Shown here piece by piece: positions 1-12,734 of a stretch of 64,000 nt of DNA. Every line of letters begins with the position of its first letter. Within the stretch, counting starts at the first letter, position 1. Below the pieces are notes generated by a model. The model was not told the origin of the DNA and searched no databases. It saw only the letters and a list, made by a program, of their open reading frames with translations. The DNA comes from Takakia lepidozioides (lineage: Eukaryota; Plantae; Bryophyta). Location: positions 23,870,001 through 23,934,000 of the forward strand of contig CM060734.1 of the NCBI GenBank assembly GCA_030704615.1, read 5' to 3'. Made by a program: the position numbers and the translations under genes.

Positions 1-3000
1 CATGGCTTGCAATACCTCTATCGCACTGCACTTGCGACCAAGACCCTGAGAAACAGATTACCGAACATCATCGCAAACTGCAAAACCACATTCCCAGTTC
101 CCTCCCTCTCTGCATCTCAAACACACAAAGAACCACCCCTTATGCCACCCACCCCCTTTCTCAACACCAGCTGGAACATTTCTAATTACCTCAAGCATGA
201 AGGAGACATTACTCTTCTTTGGATTGGGGGTCTTATTCGATACTGACTTTGGAGGAGGGGTGAAGGACCAAGCCAGTCCCCAGCGAGAGGTACGACCCTG
301 CACAAACTCAGTTGTGCGCACAGTTGCTACCCCCACGCTCCAGAGCTTGGCTGTCAGCCCTTTCAGACTGGCTTTCCGTCCCACCATTGTGGTGTACCAA
401 CTGCTCCCCACCCCCAGCCCACTTAATTGTTGTGTACTTGGCATGATTGAGCATCTATAGCCATGGGCACCCATGTGTAAACCCCTTACAGATTGTACTC
501 ATAAGACGTTGTTTGCCGTAGCCTAAACCCCTTACAGAGTCTGATCAAAGGGTGTAGCTAGCAAACCATGCAGAAAGTCAGACACAGCTGGTTTATCATC
601 TTGGCTTTAGTGCACTGAATGAATTTATTGGATTAGGTACTCACTGAATCCTATGCCTGAGCTTGACACTGTCTTCAATGATGCAGTTGACAAAGGCCTC
701 TTCACCACCCACACAAACCATTTCTTCCCTAGTGCCCCCACAAGCTGTACGGGGGTTGGCTCCAGCTTCCGCCATGCTCTCAAAGAAGGGTGGATTGCAC
801 ATACAAAAATCAAATCTCTCCTCTTCCTTAACTACTCCCACCAGCACTTGTGAGCACAGTCTGTCATGAGAAACCGGTTCCGATCTGTGAGTCAAATTAT
901 CCTTCCCTGAAATGGAAGGTACACCATCTGTAGAGTTTGAGGGCTGTCGACATATATCATGCAATTCTGATGATGCCTGGTCCACAGGAGTCAAACACAT
1001 TTCCTGCAGAGCCCTGCTGCAGTTCTTTTGGCCAGAATTGGCAACAACCACAATGTCCGTATGGGCTGGTCCATATGGTCTTGGAGGCGAAAAGTCAGCC
1101 AGTTGTTGCTCCTGTGGAAATGCTCCAGCCTGGGGTCCTTGAGAGAACACACCTTGCGCCTTCTCATGAGTAATTAGAGGGCCAGAGGCTGTGGTGCTGG
1201 TTAGGGGCTGTGGTGCAGGACAAATCTGGGCTGATCCATGTCCTATGTCTCCGCCAATATCAACACTCCTGACTGTTTCAGGATCACCGACATCACTGTG
1301 TGCATTTCTGACTTGAATGAGTTCTGCAATATGGATGTTTTGTCGGACATTCTTCTCTGCCCAGTTGAGAGCAACTGGTGTAATATCTGCTTTAACCAAC
1401 AGCAGGTAGTTAGACAATGCATTAATCTTCCAACAGCTTTGACAATTTGCGATAAAGAGAAAGTGTATGTGCTGATTTTGTGGCAGCTTCATCAATATTC
1501 CATGACTTCCACCATCTGTTCCAGCTAGGCTCTTTATAAAACACGTTCCAAATTGCTTAGGAAAATTTTGGAAAAGGTTACAAAGGAACTTACCTGTACC
1601 AATGAAACGCCAGCCATGTAATGCAGAGCCAAGCAATGGGTAAATGCAATTAGCCCCTGTTCCGATGTCTATACCAAAGATGTTCTGGCTGTCATTCAAG
1701 TGCCATGGGGCAGGGCAAAGGGTAAGTAAGTCTTCAATCCAGTGTATGTAGTTTGCTCGACTTGTGACAGTGGGGCAAAGCTGCCCATCTGGTATCCACC
1801 TGGGACAAAAGCAGCCCAAAAAACGCACGAGTCAAATGGTAAAGAAAAACAAAGACAAGACACTTTATGATGTATGTGGGCAGAGGGCTCAGAGGACCCA
1901 TGGGAGAGAGAGAGACAGTTTGTTACAAGTCTGTAGGGCCTATGGGGCCAAACAAGACTTCCAAAATGAAAACCAAACCAATGAAGGTATTATGCTAAGC
2001 ACCTTTGGTTCTCATAAGTGAGGGACGTAGCTGGAGGGAGAGGAGGGCGGAAAACGGGAGGGGGTCGCATGTGATCAACAACCCTGCACTGTATAGAAAC
2101 CAAAGAGAATGTGTTCAAGTAATCTCATAGTATTATGAAGTAGGTGAAGAGAATAGCTCAACAACCATATTCAAAGCAGGAAAGAGAGACCACTTTATAT
2201 GAGGTAATGTAAGTGGGCATTATTAGCAGCTGAATGCAATTCATAGGTCAAGCAGCTGAGGAGATAACCTCCTATTTGAGGACCTTTATCCTTCAACCTA
2301 ATCACAAATGCTAACCCTCCAGTGGAAAGGATGGGAGACGTTGTGTGCCTTAGCCTTGTGGCCACAAACGCCCCACCCAGTTTGGCCGGAACAAAGGGAA
2401 TAGACACTACCTTTGTGAGGGGTCACTCCCGGAGTTGGACTTACCTTGGTATAAACATCGGTTTAGGCTTTCCAGATTTCCTCTAGAAATCCTTCACTCA
2501 AGCATCAATCAGCTGTGTGTGAGCTGCCCAGCAATTAGACCCCAACAGCATCGGGGCTTTAGGCTCAGCCTCGAGCTTTTGAAAGTTGGTGAACACAGGT
2601 GCAGGGTTGATGGTCCTGAAGAGGGTCACTCTCTGATGAGAATCCCCGGACAAGTATCAGAAAATGGATAGTGTCTTCAGGCCGCCCGCATGTCGGGCAT
2701 TGACAATCTCCCTATCCTCTCTTCTGTTTATTGTTCAAAGGTAGACTCCCCGCCCTGATTTCAAATTTAAGTCTATTGCCGAGGATAGGTAGGCCCAGAT
2801 CATCCTTAAGGAAGAACATTTATGCAGCTACAGAACTGCTTGTAGACAATGCGCCCGAAGACAAGTGTACTCTAAACCTAAACCTTGAAGTGCGCCCACA
2901 CATATTAGAACTTTACCAAGTTATACCACAGTCGTGAGCCAGTAGCGCGCGGGTCAGCTCCCTAGTTGCATTGAAATCAGTCCAATCGATTCTTGCTCTC

Positions 3001-3167
3001 CCGTTAGTCCCATACGAAACGTGAGCCTTGAATGAAGGATATATGGAGGCTAAGAGGTTGAAATCCGGAGGGTTCTCTGCATACTTGTTCCGGGGATGCA
3101 TAGCCCTTCTCTTGCTCTGCACCTTCGACGAATTCCCCTTCCCGAGAGCCTTCTCGAGAGCAGCCAT
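1..3167 (-). CDS. FIO1: METTL16/FIONA1-type U6 snRNA/mRNA m6A methyltransferase, spliced; exons 3167-2917, 1799-1594, 1386-645, 400-190, 45-<1 (continues off window)
   Basis: Motifs MHPRNKY, IDWTDFNATRELT, GQLCPTV-SRANYIHWIEDLL, GIDIGTGANCIYPLLG, FDFCMCNPPFF, GGEEAFV, WYTTMVG, EFVQGRTSRWGLAWSF. All four introns are GT-AG and phases join in frame; no lesion seen. Confidence 0.93.
493..523 (-). mobile_element. 31-bp extreme 3' tip of the tail-less LINE family, in a FIO1 intron
   Basis: Matches the 3' end of the element at 53222-54766; flanked by 15-bp TSD TAAACCCCTTACAGA (478-492, 524-538). Confidence 0.9.
2335..2812 (-). mobile_element. Diverged 3' fragment of the same LINE family, in FIO1 intron 1
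   Basis: Colinear similarity to about 53235-53710 (e.g. GCCTTGTGGCCA, TCTAGAAATCCTT, AAGCATCAATC, TGTTCAAAGGTAG). Boundaries approximate. Confidence 0.8.
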
Positions 3168-3419
3168 GTGAACCCGGTGAAACACAGCACACCCAAACGT
3201 CGTACATCTCCTAAATCATCATTACATGTGAACTCTGAGTCTGAGTATTCTCGGCAGCCAACTCATCCTCAATATCACAAGGAAAGAGATCAGCAAGATG
3301 ATCTGAGCGTCTGTTTCTTTATATGCATATGCTAGATTGCAGATCTGTTCATCTTGCCTCTCTCCTCGCTTCCACACCCTCTTGTCCCTCTCTCTCTGCC
3401 CTCTTCTCCCTGTCCTCTA

Positions 3420-4797
3420 GGAAGCCTATTGCCATTGGGTGGACTTGATACGGGAGTACATTAATGTCTCTGTGACTAAATGCCGGCCTTGTGACCTCGT
3501 GTCTTTGTTTGTTTCGACCTGAAGCGCTTTGCTCCAGGTAAGGTAGTGCATTGGATTTAGTTGGAAAGCTTGGGGCCTTTCCCTCTTTAGAATATGCCTA
3601 CACGGGCCATTCCCTGCAACTCCCTGGAGTGTGATCTCTAAATGGTAACAACCGGACCCCTACCGCTTGGGGCCGGACTTGGGCTCGGGTTGGTCCTTGT
3701 GCTTAAACTTATGGCCTGCGAAAACAATCGAAACCTTATCTACTATCAACATCAACACTCCCCAGGGTGATTCCTGGGAATTGGTTACTTATGCCAAATC
3801 TACGGCTTCATGTGTAGTTTTTGGGGTGAATCCCGGGATGGACGATGTGTCCTTTAAAACTACATGCTCTAGCTTAGGATTGGATTTCATGGCTAATGGT
3901 TCCATCTCGAGACTTGATAACAGGATCCGTTGAAGGTTGCAATGCCCAAAAATGCTTCTAATAGAGTCTCACATCAATTCAATCTCAAAGAAGTTCGTCC
4001 CTTGACTGGCTGGAGGGGGGTCTTAGACATTGGTGATTCAATGGGGCACTCTAGGAAGACAACCAAGGGCAGGGACTTCAACTTGAGAGTTTCTAATCGG
4101 TTTGATGCTCTGGATGAGGTTGAATCCAAACAGCCAGACGGACAATCTGCCCCTAAGTGTACAGAACCTCAACGTCCCGTATCTGAAGGATTTGGTACTC
4201 TGAATGGTTTACCAATCCTCAAGGTTTACACAAGACGAGCAAAATCTATACACCGGGTAATTGTCCCCAGGCTGTCATTCTGTCCCTAAGTGTGCAGAGC
4301 CTGAACGTCGTGTAATTGAAGGATTTGGTATTCTGAATGGTTTACCAATCCTCAAAGTCTACACAAGACGAGCAAAATCTATACACGGGGTAATTGTCCC
4401 CAAGCAGTCAGACGGACAATCTGTCCCTAAGTGTGCGGAGCCTGTATGTCGTGTATCTAAAGGATTTGGTACCCTGAATGGTTTACCAATCCTCAAAGTC
4501 TACATAAGACGAGCAAAATCTACACACGGGGTAACTGTCCCCCCTTTGCAAAACGGTTGGCCGTCCATGAGCAATCATAAGCTACCTAGACGACAAACAA
4601 TTCATATGCAAAGGGCTGGCTTGCGGCTGGGCACTTTCAATTTCTCAGGGCTGACTAACCAAAGGAAACAACTCGAAGTGGGACAAGTTCTTCAGGCCAA
4701 TGACATTCATATTTGTGCCGGTCAAGAGACGTGGGAAACACCGGATAAATTGGTTGGAGATGTCAATGGGTATAAGTGGACGGGTAAGATGTGTACT
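3420..4797 (+). mobile_element. 5' part of a LINE: degraded ORF1 plus start of the APE endonuclease, truncated
   Basis: RLGTFNFSGL...DIHICAGQETW...GYKWTGK at about 4615-4790 is the APE N-terminus. Left boundary uncertain. Confidence 0.7.
4126..4543 (+). repeat. Three tandem ~141-bp repeats, each encoding a ~47-aa unit (KQPDGQSAPKC...GLPILKVYTRRAKSIH.VIVP)
   Basis: TGAATGGTTTACCAATCCTCAA..ACA.AAGACGAGCAAAATCTA occurs three times; the second unit is frameshifted. Confidence 0.9.
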
Positions 4798-7700
4798 TAC
4801 AAGGCAGCCTCGGCCAAAAAGGCCTCTCATTTTACAATAATTGGGACGTTATGGCGCACGCACGAGCTGGCCGGTGGGCCCCGCGCACGGACGCCCGGCT
4901 CCCCCCACCCGCCGCTGCGCGCGGTCGCCCAGCCGCGCCCCTGTCCGCCGCCCTTCTGTCCGCTTCCCCTCAGTCCGCCAGACCGCCAGTCTGCCGGCCA
5001 GTCCGCTGTGCACGCCAGGCCAGTCCGCTGCCCTCCAATCTGCTATCAGTCCGCTGGCCTCCAGTCTGCCCTCCAGTCCGTGGCCATCCAGTCCGCCGAC
5101 GGCGCCGGATCTGGACCGTCCAATTCAAAACCCATCCGAGCCCTCCTTTTTTAGGGCTGGGAAAATCTAAACCCTGCCACCAAAACCGGCCTCTCTCTTA
5201 TGAGGGCTCTTTGTTGTCGGATGTTGCGGAGGGCGTTCCCACGCACGCCGTCTTCTTCTTGTGCATGAGCGACGTTGATGATGATGACGGGTGTGCCTGA
5301 ACATGACAGGACTGGCGGGCCAAGCTCTACAGCCACCATCGTGCATATGCTTCCACTATTTTGGCCTTCTTATTGTGCTTTAGGGAAGGTTAGGCTTTAT
5401 GGTATGCTTGTATGGCATAAAATCGCTACTGCCTTATCTGTCCTCCATATCGTCATCTGCTTCTGGTCCCTCATGATACCCCTTCGTACTGCAACGGACC
5501 CCATGAGGGCAGAAATCGTGGAAGCATATGCACATGGGGGCGTGTATACATTGCACATTTCATATTAGACGATGGGACTGTTTAGGGGACAAAGTAAAAC
5601 GGCGTGCAAGAGCGTGCAAAAGTTTAGCATAATGGAAATCCCAAAGATCCAATGCTTTGTCAAGGATCCAGATCGTATGATAGAGGGGTTGGCATCAGAC
5701 TGCAGCATTACTGCTCCTCGTCTCAACGGACAAGATCCTGTCCTACGTTCCTCAAACATCCATTTATACCTGCGGAACCACGCTGAGACATGTGCTGACA
5801 TTCCGCAAGTGTGCATGGATGTTTGAGGCCCGTAGGACTGGATCATGTCCATTGACACGATGAGGACAGTTGAGGACAATCGAGTTTCCTGTTTACCCTC
5901 AGTCTCTTCTCCCGTCAGTCTTCTCGCTTCTTCTCTCCTGAGTCTTTTGAACCGTCCGTGGGCGAGACACTGGATCTGTATCGATATCAGAGACTCACTT
6001 TATCAGTTTGTTCTGCTACGAGTCTGTTCGCATTGGCTTTGGTGGCCCACCACTGCATTGGATATGACGCTTTTCTGCTCAGTTTCTTCTCTCGACGGTG
6101 ACCTAAAAGTCGGTATCTTCCAACATGTGTCTGTCTGTCGGATGCCACTTTATCAGTCTCTTGTGCCGCCAGTCTGTTCATAGTGGGTCTATTCGGCCAG
6201 ACTTTGCACCGCGTCCAAGTCTGCTACACCAATTACATCATCTTTCGCAGGACAAGGCTCTCTTGGGACTGCTGGACTGCCACTGCTGGACTCCAGGCCG
6301 TCTGCTGGACTGCCACTTCAGTCTGTTCGCGTTCAGTCTGACTCCAGGCCGTCTGCTGGACTGCCGCAAGTCTGTTTGTACTGGGTCTGTTGGGCCGTCC
6401 ACATCAGAATGTGGGAGTCTGGTGGACCCTCTTAAATGCGACGACGGCGGCAAGCATGACAGTCGCTCTCTTGGGATATCAGTCTGTTCGGCTATCAGTT
6501 CGCCAAGTATGGTGTGCGGCAAGTCTGTTTGAGGTGGGTCTGTTGGGCCGTCATTTCCAGCACGTCAAAGTCTGCTGGTCGACGCTGCCCGACAGCCAGT
6601 TGCAGCGGCAGTCTGTTGGGAAGTGGGCACGGGCAGTCTGCTGGACAGTAGGTCTGTCGGACCTATTAAATGTATGGATGGCGCATGCAGCCCCAACGAT
6701 GCACAATGTTCTGCATGTCCGCTGGACACTCCGTCCGCTGAACAGTCTGCTGGATAATGGGTCTATTGTCCGTCTTAAATGCATGACGGCGCTGCCGGCC
6801 GCTACAGTATGGTCTCAAGAAAAGTGATTGGTGGTACCGCCATTCCTCTTCCCTAGCCAATGATGACGCGCCACGTCGTTCTGCATGGCCCGTCTGCTGT
6901 TAGTTTGAACTTCTTCACGCGAGTCGTGTGGTCTTCCGATGCGTCTCTCTGCCCTTTTCATGCGCATTTTTGTTTCAGTGCCCTCCATCTCCATTTCCCG
7001 CTGCTGACCCCGCCTCGGTCTGCCACGACCACTGCGAGCAGATCGTCCTCCTTCCGCAGATTCAGAGAGTCCTCCCGAGCTCCCAAGCGTCGCGAATACA
7101 AAGGCTCCCGTAAGTACGCAACGGTTCCTCCAACTGCGAAGTACTCTTTCTCATATTATTTACTGCTTTTTGTTCTTCCTGTGTTCGTCCTCGCCTCTTC
7201 TTCCACTGAGAGTTTTTCCTGTTGTTTTTAGTCTTCTCACATAGTTTCCAGTTCGTTTCCAGTCTTCTGAATCGATGGAGGATGCTTGTGTGAAGGGTGG
7301 ATCCGACTGGGTCTCCTTTGTGCACCAGACGCGGTTAAAGAAGCTGCGAAGGTATTGGTACTCACCGAAGGAGTACGAACCCCAAAATATGGAAGCATGG
7401 GTAGACCTCCGCTCTCCAAGGCTTCCAAGGAACAAAACCCACAATGGACCAAGGATAGGCTGAGGTGTCCGTTTTGCAAGGTGGACATAAAAGACAAGAT
7501 CCAGCTCAACCGCCATTGCATTGATACGGGTTGCAAGGCTGCTATTCCGCCCAACTTCAAGCCTTGGCCCATACCAGCTTCTCAGAAGGAGCCGCATGAG
7601 GCTGTTTTGAGATGCCGCGGCAAAAACTCAGTCCCCCGAAGTTTGGACGAAGTCAGGCAACGATACTGGAGGGCTGTTGGAACTATGGAATAGCAGGTTG

Positions 7701-8418
7701 TGGACGAAGACCACTTTCAGGAAATGCCTGTGGGTCCCAAGAAACGCAAACTGAGTGATGGGGTGGCAAAGAAGGCTTCTGCCAGAGCAGCGAAGTCTGC
7801 TCGCGATGCAAGAGCGGCTTCAACGCAAGCCGGCAGGCAACAGCCGCCACAGACCAGGAATACCCGGCAAACGCAAACACTCAGTTCTTCAAGCGAGTCT
7901 GTCGAAAAAGAGTCCAGTCAGTCTGCCCAGTCTTCGGAAGGACACGGTCCACCTTCAACAGACTAGCAAGTGAAGGGACTTGAATCTTCCTCTTTGCATG
8001 AGATGGAGATGTATTGATGCTTGGAGAAGCAACACATAGAAGCCAAGAGTGGAGCATGTGTGTGGATGGCAAAAAAAGAGCACATGAATGAGTGCAAAAC
8101 TTGGTTGCTTGTCAAATGAGGTAAAAAGCTTGATTCTTGAGCTCCAAAGAGAAGTGAAGCTTGTTGTGTGGCAAATGCATTGCTAGGTGAGATGGAACCA
8201 AGCTTGGTTGTGGTTTGAGGTGAAGAAGATCAAGGTAGTTTGCCTTGGTATCTCATAGAAGTCATGGATGCTTGAGGAAAGCAAGCATGAAGCTCAAGGA
8301 AGTCCAAACCCTAGCTTGGAATGCACAAACCCTAGCATGAGATGCACATGAAACCCCATGTTCATGGGAACGGTCACTATAGTATGGGAACAGTAACTAT
8401 AGGTTAAGAACCGTCACT
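4798..8418. mobile_element. Unclassified GC-rich insertion with dense CAGTCCG/CAGTCTG motifs and a small zinc-finger/NLS ORF
   Basis: Abruptly truncates the APE reading frame; many short motif copies at 4920-5120 and 5900-6800; no TIR or TSD found. Confidence 0.4.
7397..7966 (+). pseudogene. ~190-codon ORF with GRP motif, CxxC-x12-H-x5-C putative zinc finger and PKKRKL NLS; one in-frame TAG (7691-7693)
   Basis: ORFs 7286-7693 and 7700-7966 are in the same frame, separated by one stop. Confidence 0.4.
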
Positions 8419-8419
8419 A

Positions 8420-8445
<26 letters not shown>
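8419..8445. repeat. (TA)n microsatellite at the left junction of the NUMT
   Basis: Direct reading. Confidence 0.95.
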
Positions 8446-8451
<6 letters not shown>

Positions 8452-8460
8452 TAAAACTTT

Positions 8461-9103
8461 AAAAAAAGAACCCCGAAACTCCTTCTGAAACTGTTTCATC
8501 AACAGATTCTACTCAATTTATTTACACCAATCACGACTTTTTCTTTATCTTTGTTGTATATCGTAGTCACGCCCCTATGATAGGCTTTTCTAAAGACTTC
8601 TTATGTCATTTTCATTTAAGTCCGATTTGGATTCGTTTATCGTTTCCTTTTCTTCCCGAATGTTTTTTTCAAAATGACTTCGAAGATGGTACACCCGAAT
8701 TGTATTGTTTAAGCGGCTATTGTTTGCAAAAAATATTACTTTCTAAATTGGTAGGTCATTGTGTTCTTCAAATAAGTGGTGTTTTCCGTACCTTTCCAGT
8801 GTTACAACTTCTGTACCAATTTGATCAATCCAAAATGAATTGGTTCACCATTATTATAGGAAGCCTGATATTTACTCTTATGTGTGGTATTCATTCTCCT
8901 TCTACTCTTGGAATCACATCCAATAGTTGGAACAGCTTGCAAAATCCTACACCCCTTACCATCCATTACCCCCAATCATTTCTTGTACCTCTATCGAAAC
9001 AGAATGGTTTCATGTTTTTTTATTAATGCGATATTTACTTTCATTTCTATTTCCTCATCCCATTTTGGTCTCAATTACTTTACAAAAGTTAATAAGCCAA
9101 TAG
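8461..9103 (+). pseudogene. ccmB: Mitochondrial ccmB (NUMT, frameshifted)
   Basis: FHQQI..TPITTFSL..YIVVTPL/MIGFSKDFLCHFHL..FFQNDFEDGT.ELYCLSGY..TLMCGIHS; ends QKLISQ-TAG. Confidence 0.92.
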
Positions 9104-9698
9104 AATTGATTGTCTTTGCATCAATTAAAAAAAAGGTGTACCAATTCTCATTGGCTCACTCATCGTAGATGTTATGGAGAGAAGAGAACCCCCCCCCCCC
9201 CCCTATATATAGGTTTTTCGTAGGTTCTGTTCTACGTTATACTCTCGTACATTGTCCGATTCTGGCAAAGGAAAAAAAAAAGGATTCGGCGAAGTTCGAG
9301 CAATGGAACAACAACTATATCTGGGCCTGGGTGGGGGGAGTGTGAGCCAGTTTGGCACATTGCAAAGCGTGTTTTTGACATCATACATGTTTCAGGGAGG
9401 CTCATAAGTAGAGTGCTTAAAAGCTCAACGAACAAAAATTGGTTTCTTCACGGGCTGGCTTCTTCTCGGGAGGCCTTCACGAAGCGAAGAGTGAATTAAG
9501 TGGGAAGCCAAAAAAATCTTTATTTTCGACCGCTTTATTCTCTCTAACGTAATTAGTTAGTAAACACTTCGTCCCCTAAGATTTATTAAACTGTGGACGA
9601 GGATTTTATTTTTTATTTTATTTATTTTTGGCTGCTTTCATTAGCACAAAATGATCCATATTATCTCTCTAGCTGCGCCATTGATGGATTATATTTTT

Positions 9699-10666
9699 AT
9701 GACAAAACATTAGAAAATTCCTACGTATTTTGTGACCCTATTTCTTACGTTACGTCCTTTTCGCTACGTACAAATTCTCATTGGATTTCGTCGGTTTTTA
9801 ACAGCGATGGCTATTCGTTTAAGTATTTGGGTAGCACCATCCGATTTTCAACAAAGTGAAAATTATCGCATTATCTATGTGTATGTTCTTGCAACTTGGA
9901 TGAGTTTACCTATTCATATCGCAATGGCTATCAGCAGTGTGTTATGCTTATTAACAAAACATCCACCTTTTCAGTTATTCCCCAAAACCGGTGCCAAAAT
10001 AGGTGCTTTGTTTACATCGTTTACCTCAGTAACTGGGGATTTTCGGGGAAAACCTATGTGGGGTACCTTTCGGGTGTGGGATGCTCGTTCAACCCCTGTA
10101 TCGATCTCGTTTTTTATTTACCCGGGTGCACCGCGCTTTCAAGAGTTTCCTGCGGACGTTGCTTATATTTCTATTCGTATAGGGCCAATCAATATACCAA
10201 TAATTAAGTCTCTTGTGAACTGGTGGAATACATCGCATCAACCTTCAAGCATTAGCCAATTTGGTACTTCAAAAATAAAATAAAATATGTGGACGCGTTG
10301 CCGAAGCAAGGTAACTTATGGTGTCACTTGACCCAGAAGGGCTACTGCCTTCCGGTAGGAAGGTGGACACCTTTTGTAACACCAACAGCGTGGTTGAACC
10401 CAACCACTCGTAAGAGGGTATATGCCCTTACCACTGGGCTACATGTTGGTTGTTTTGGTACTTCAATACATATTCCTATGCCCATTCCAATCCCGTTAAT
10501 ATTTACTAGCTCCTTCTTTTCAACTAGGATTTTTTCCTTTTCGGAAACACGTCAAATTATTTTATCTCTTCCTAGTTTTTCTGCGAAAATTAAAATGAAT
10601 CTGCGAAGCAACAATAGAAACCATTTTTTTCTTCATACGAATAAGAGATCAAGCAAAAGCACCTGA
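9699..10666 (+). pseudogene. ccmC: Mitochondrial ccmC (NUMT), split by a SINE
   Basis: APSDFQQSENYRIIYV, GKPMWGTFRVWDAR (unedited WWD motif), VNWWNTSHQP; resumes FGTSIHIPMPIPI after the insertion. Start approximate. Confidence 0.95.
10273..10453 (-). mobile_element. tRNA-derived SINE, copy 1
   Basis: A box TAGCCCAGTGG, B box GGGTTCAACC, T-rich tail; 13-bp TSD TTTGGTACTTCAA (10260-10272, 10454-10466); homologous to copies at 39854 and 41492. Confidence 0.9.
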
Positions 10667-10867
10667 GAAAAGGTTGGCCTCGTTTTCTTGGGTTTGGAAA
10701 CGTGGGTTCTAAAAGGCTTTTGGAGAAGCAAAGCAGCGCTCCGCGTTGGGAAACGAAACAAAATAATAGATTTCTACCATATACCCCATACTACTACTAC
10801 TGGATTTAATAAATATTCAAAGAAATCTATATCTTTTTTGCCAATTCAATTATAAGCGAAATTTACC

Positions 10868-12734
10868 GAAACATATAATGAGTTGGGCCATTATTTTTTA
10901 GTATTGAGTATTTTCGTTGCATTAACTTACAACAAAAGACCTGCGGCTGTTTCACCTCATTCTATTTCGTCTACTATTTCTTTCTCTGGTATTTTGTTTT
11001 GCCACATTTCTTATGACTTTTCCAATTACAATGTATTTACCAACTCAAATGCTAATGCGCCTTTATTTCATAAAATATCAGGAACATGGTCTAATCATGA
11101 GGGTAGTTCGTTATTACGGTGCCGGATCCCAAGTTTCTATGGATTGCTTTTCGGTTATCAGGCTCAACCCTGCAATGTTTCAAACGAGGGCGCAGCCAAA
11201 AGATTTTTTTTTTCACAGACCGCTGGTGGTTTTTTGCTTTGCTTCCCTCCCCAAAAGAGAGAATAAACTATTCAGACGTTATTTGCAGAACTTGTTTGGT
11301 ACCATAAATCGTCAAAACTCCCTCAAGAGCCAATCCAAAGTTGCGCCCTCAAGTCTCCTCCAAGAGCCCTCAGATACAAGATTAGAGAATGGTTCGGATA
11401 CGGGAAAAGATAAAAAGCCCTACGGACCTAAAAGGTGGAAAGAGTTTGAAAAAAAAGATATATATATATATATATTATATTATATATTGCTTTACGTCTT
11501 CTGGAAAAATATAGATTTTTTATTTTTTTTTGCACGAAATGCAAATTGTTTATTGATGAACGGTTGATTTACATGGGCATTGCTTTATTTTCTTCGATTT
11601 CTTCATTAGCAAGTTCCAATCCTTTTGTTTGAATTTTCTTTGTTTGTACTAAATCACTTGCAGAATCAAATCATGTTTCACAAGATCCTATATCAGCTAT
11701 ACATCCTCCTCACATTTATGCAAGATGCGCCGCCAGTGCTATTGGCTTTTGCTCATGTCTATCCAGAATAATGAACGGTATCTCTGCACTCCATTGGCCA
11801 ACGCAAAGGGAGAATGGGGCCGAAGAGGAGAAAAAGCTTGGCGCTTTCTTGATTGAAGCCCGCATAACAAGCAAGCCAATTACCCGGCTCAGGGAGGAGA
11901 GTGTGAATTTTTTTGTCAAAAATCTATTGGAAATCCTCAGTTCCGCTCTCATATTGCTACGCAATATGAACCTACTCGTGCTTCGGCACTTGGCCCTCTC
12001 TTCACTTTGGCCCAGGGAGCGGCTAAATCTCATGGGGAGGGGGCGGGCGAAGCATGTTGTTCGTAAAGCAAATACTACGTATTTGCATTTTGGTTGGACC
12101 TGCGACGCGAATAAAGTGGTCTCTGGCCCGAAATACCATTGGTGGAAACAAATTCAAATTTGGATCTTGACATGTTGGTGTTTTTTAACTGTAGGCATAT
12201 TGCTAGGAAGTTGGTGGGCTCATCATGAATCAGGTCGGGGTGGTTGGTGGTTTCGGGATCCCGTAGAAAATGCTCCTTCTATGCCTCGGGTATTGGCTAC
12301 AGCTTGTATTCATTCAGTTATTTTTACCCAAATTGAATTATTGGACCTTGTTCCCTAATATGGTTACTTTTTTACGTCGCGTTTTAGGAACTTTTTTCGT
12401 ACATCCTGGATTGCTAGCTCCCGTTCATAGTTTTGCTACAGATTCTACACGAGGAATCTTTTTATGGTATTTTTTCCTTATAATTACCAACATATCTTTG
12501 ATTCTTTTTTTACAGATGAAGCAGCAATCGAGTACCGGGCTAGTTGGTGCATTATCTGGTTTATCATCAAACCAAGACCTGACGGCCTCGAAACCCGTAA
12601 ACCAGATCTTGTGGCATTTGCGAAGCACTCTATTCGTGCACTCGCGTAAATTCACTCGTTTACCGAAGCTAATGGGAGGCGAAGAAGGCCATGACGAAGT
12701 AATTGTATACAAAGCCAGTAGAATGCATAAATAA
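10868..12734 (+). pseudogene. ccmFN: Mitochondrial ccmFN (NUMT, frameshifts and stops)
   Basis: [79 protein letters not shown]. Confidence 0.95.

Noticed and set aside
641-1828. Single 395-aa CDS as shown in the ORF track
   Set aside because: It reads through a GT-AG intron and starts inside intron 1; the real gene is spliced.
4261-5154. 297-aa protein
   Set aside because: Chimeric read-through of tandem repeat, LINE endonuclease start and an unrelated GC-rich insertion.
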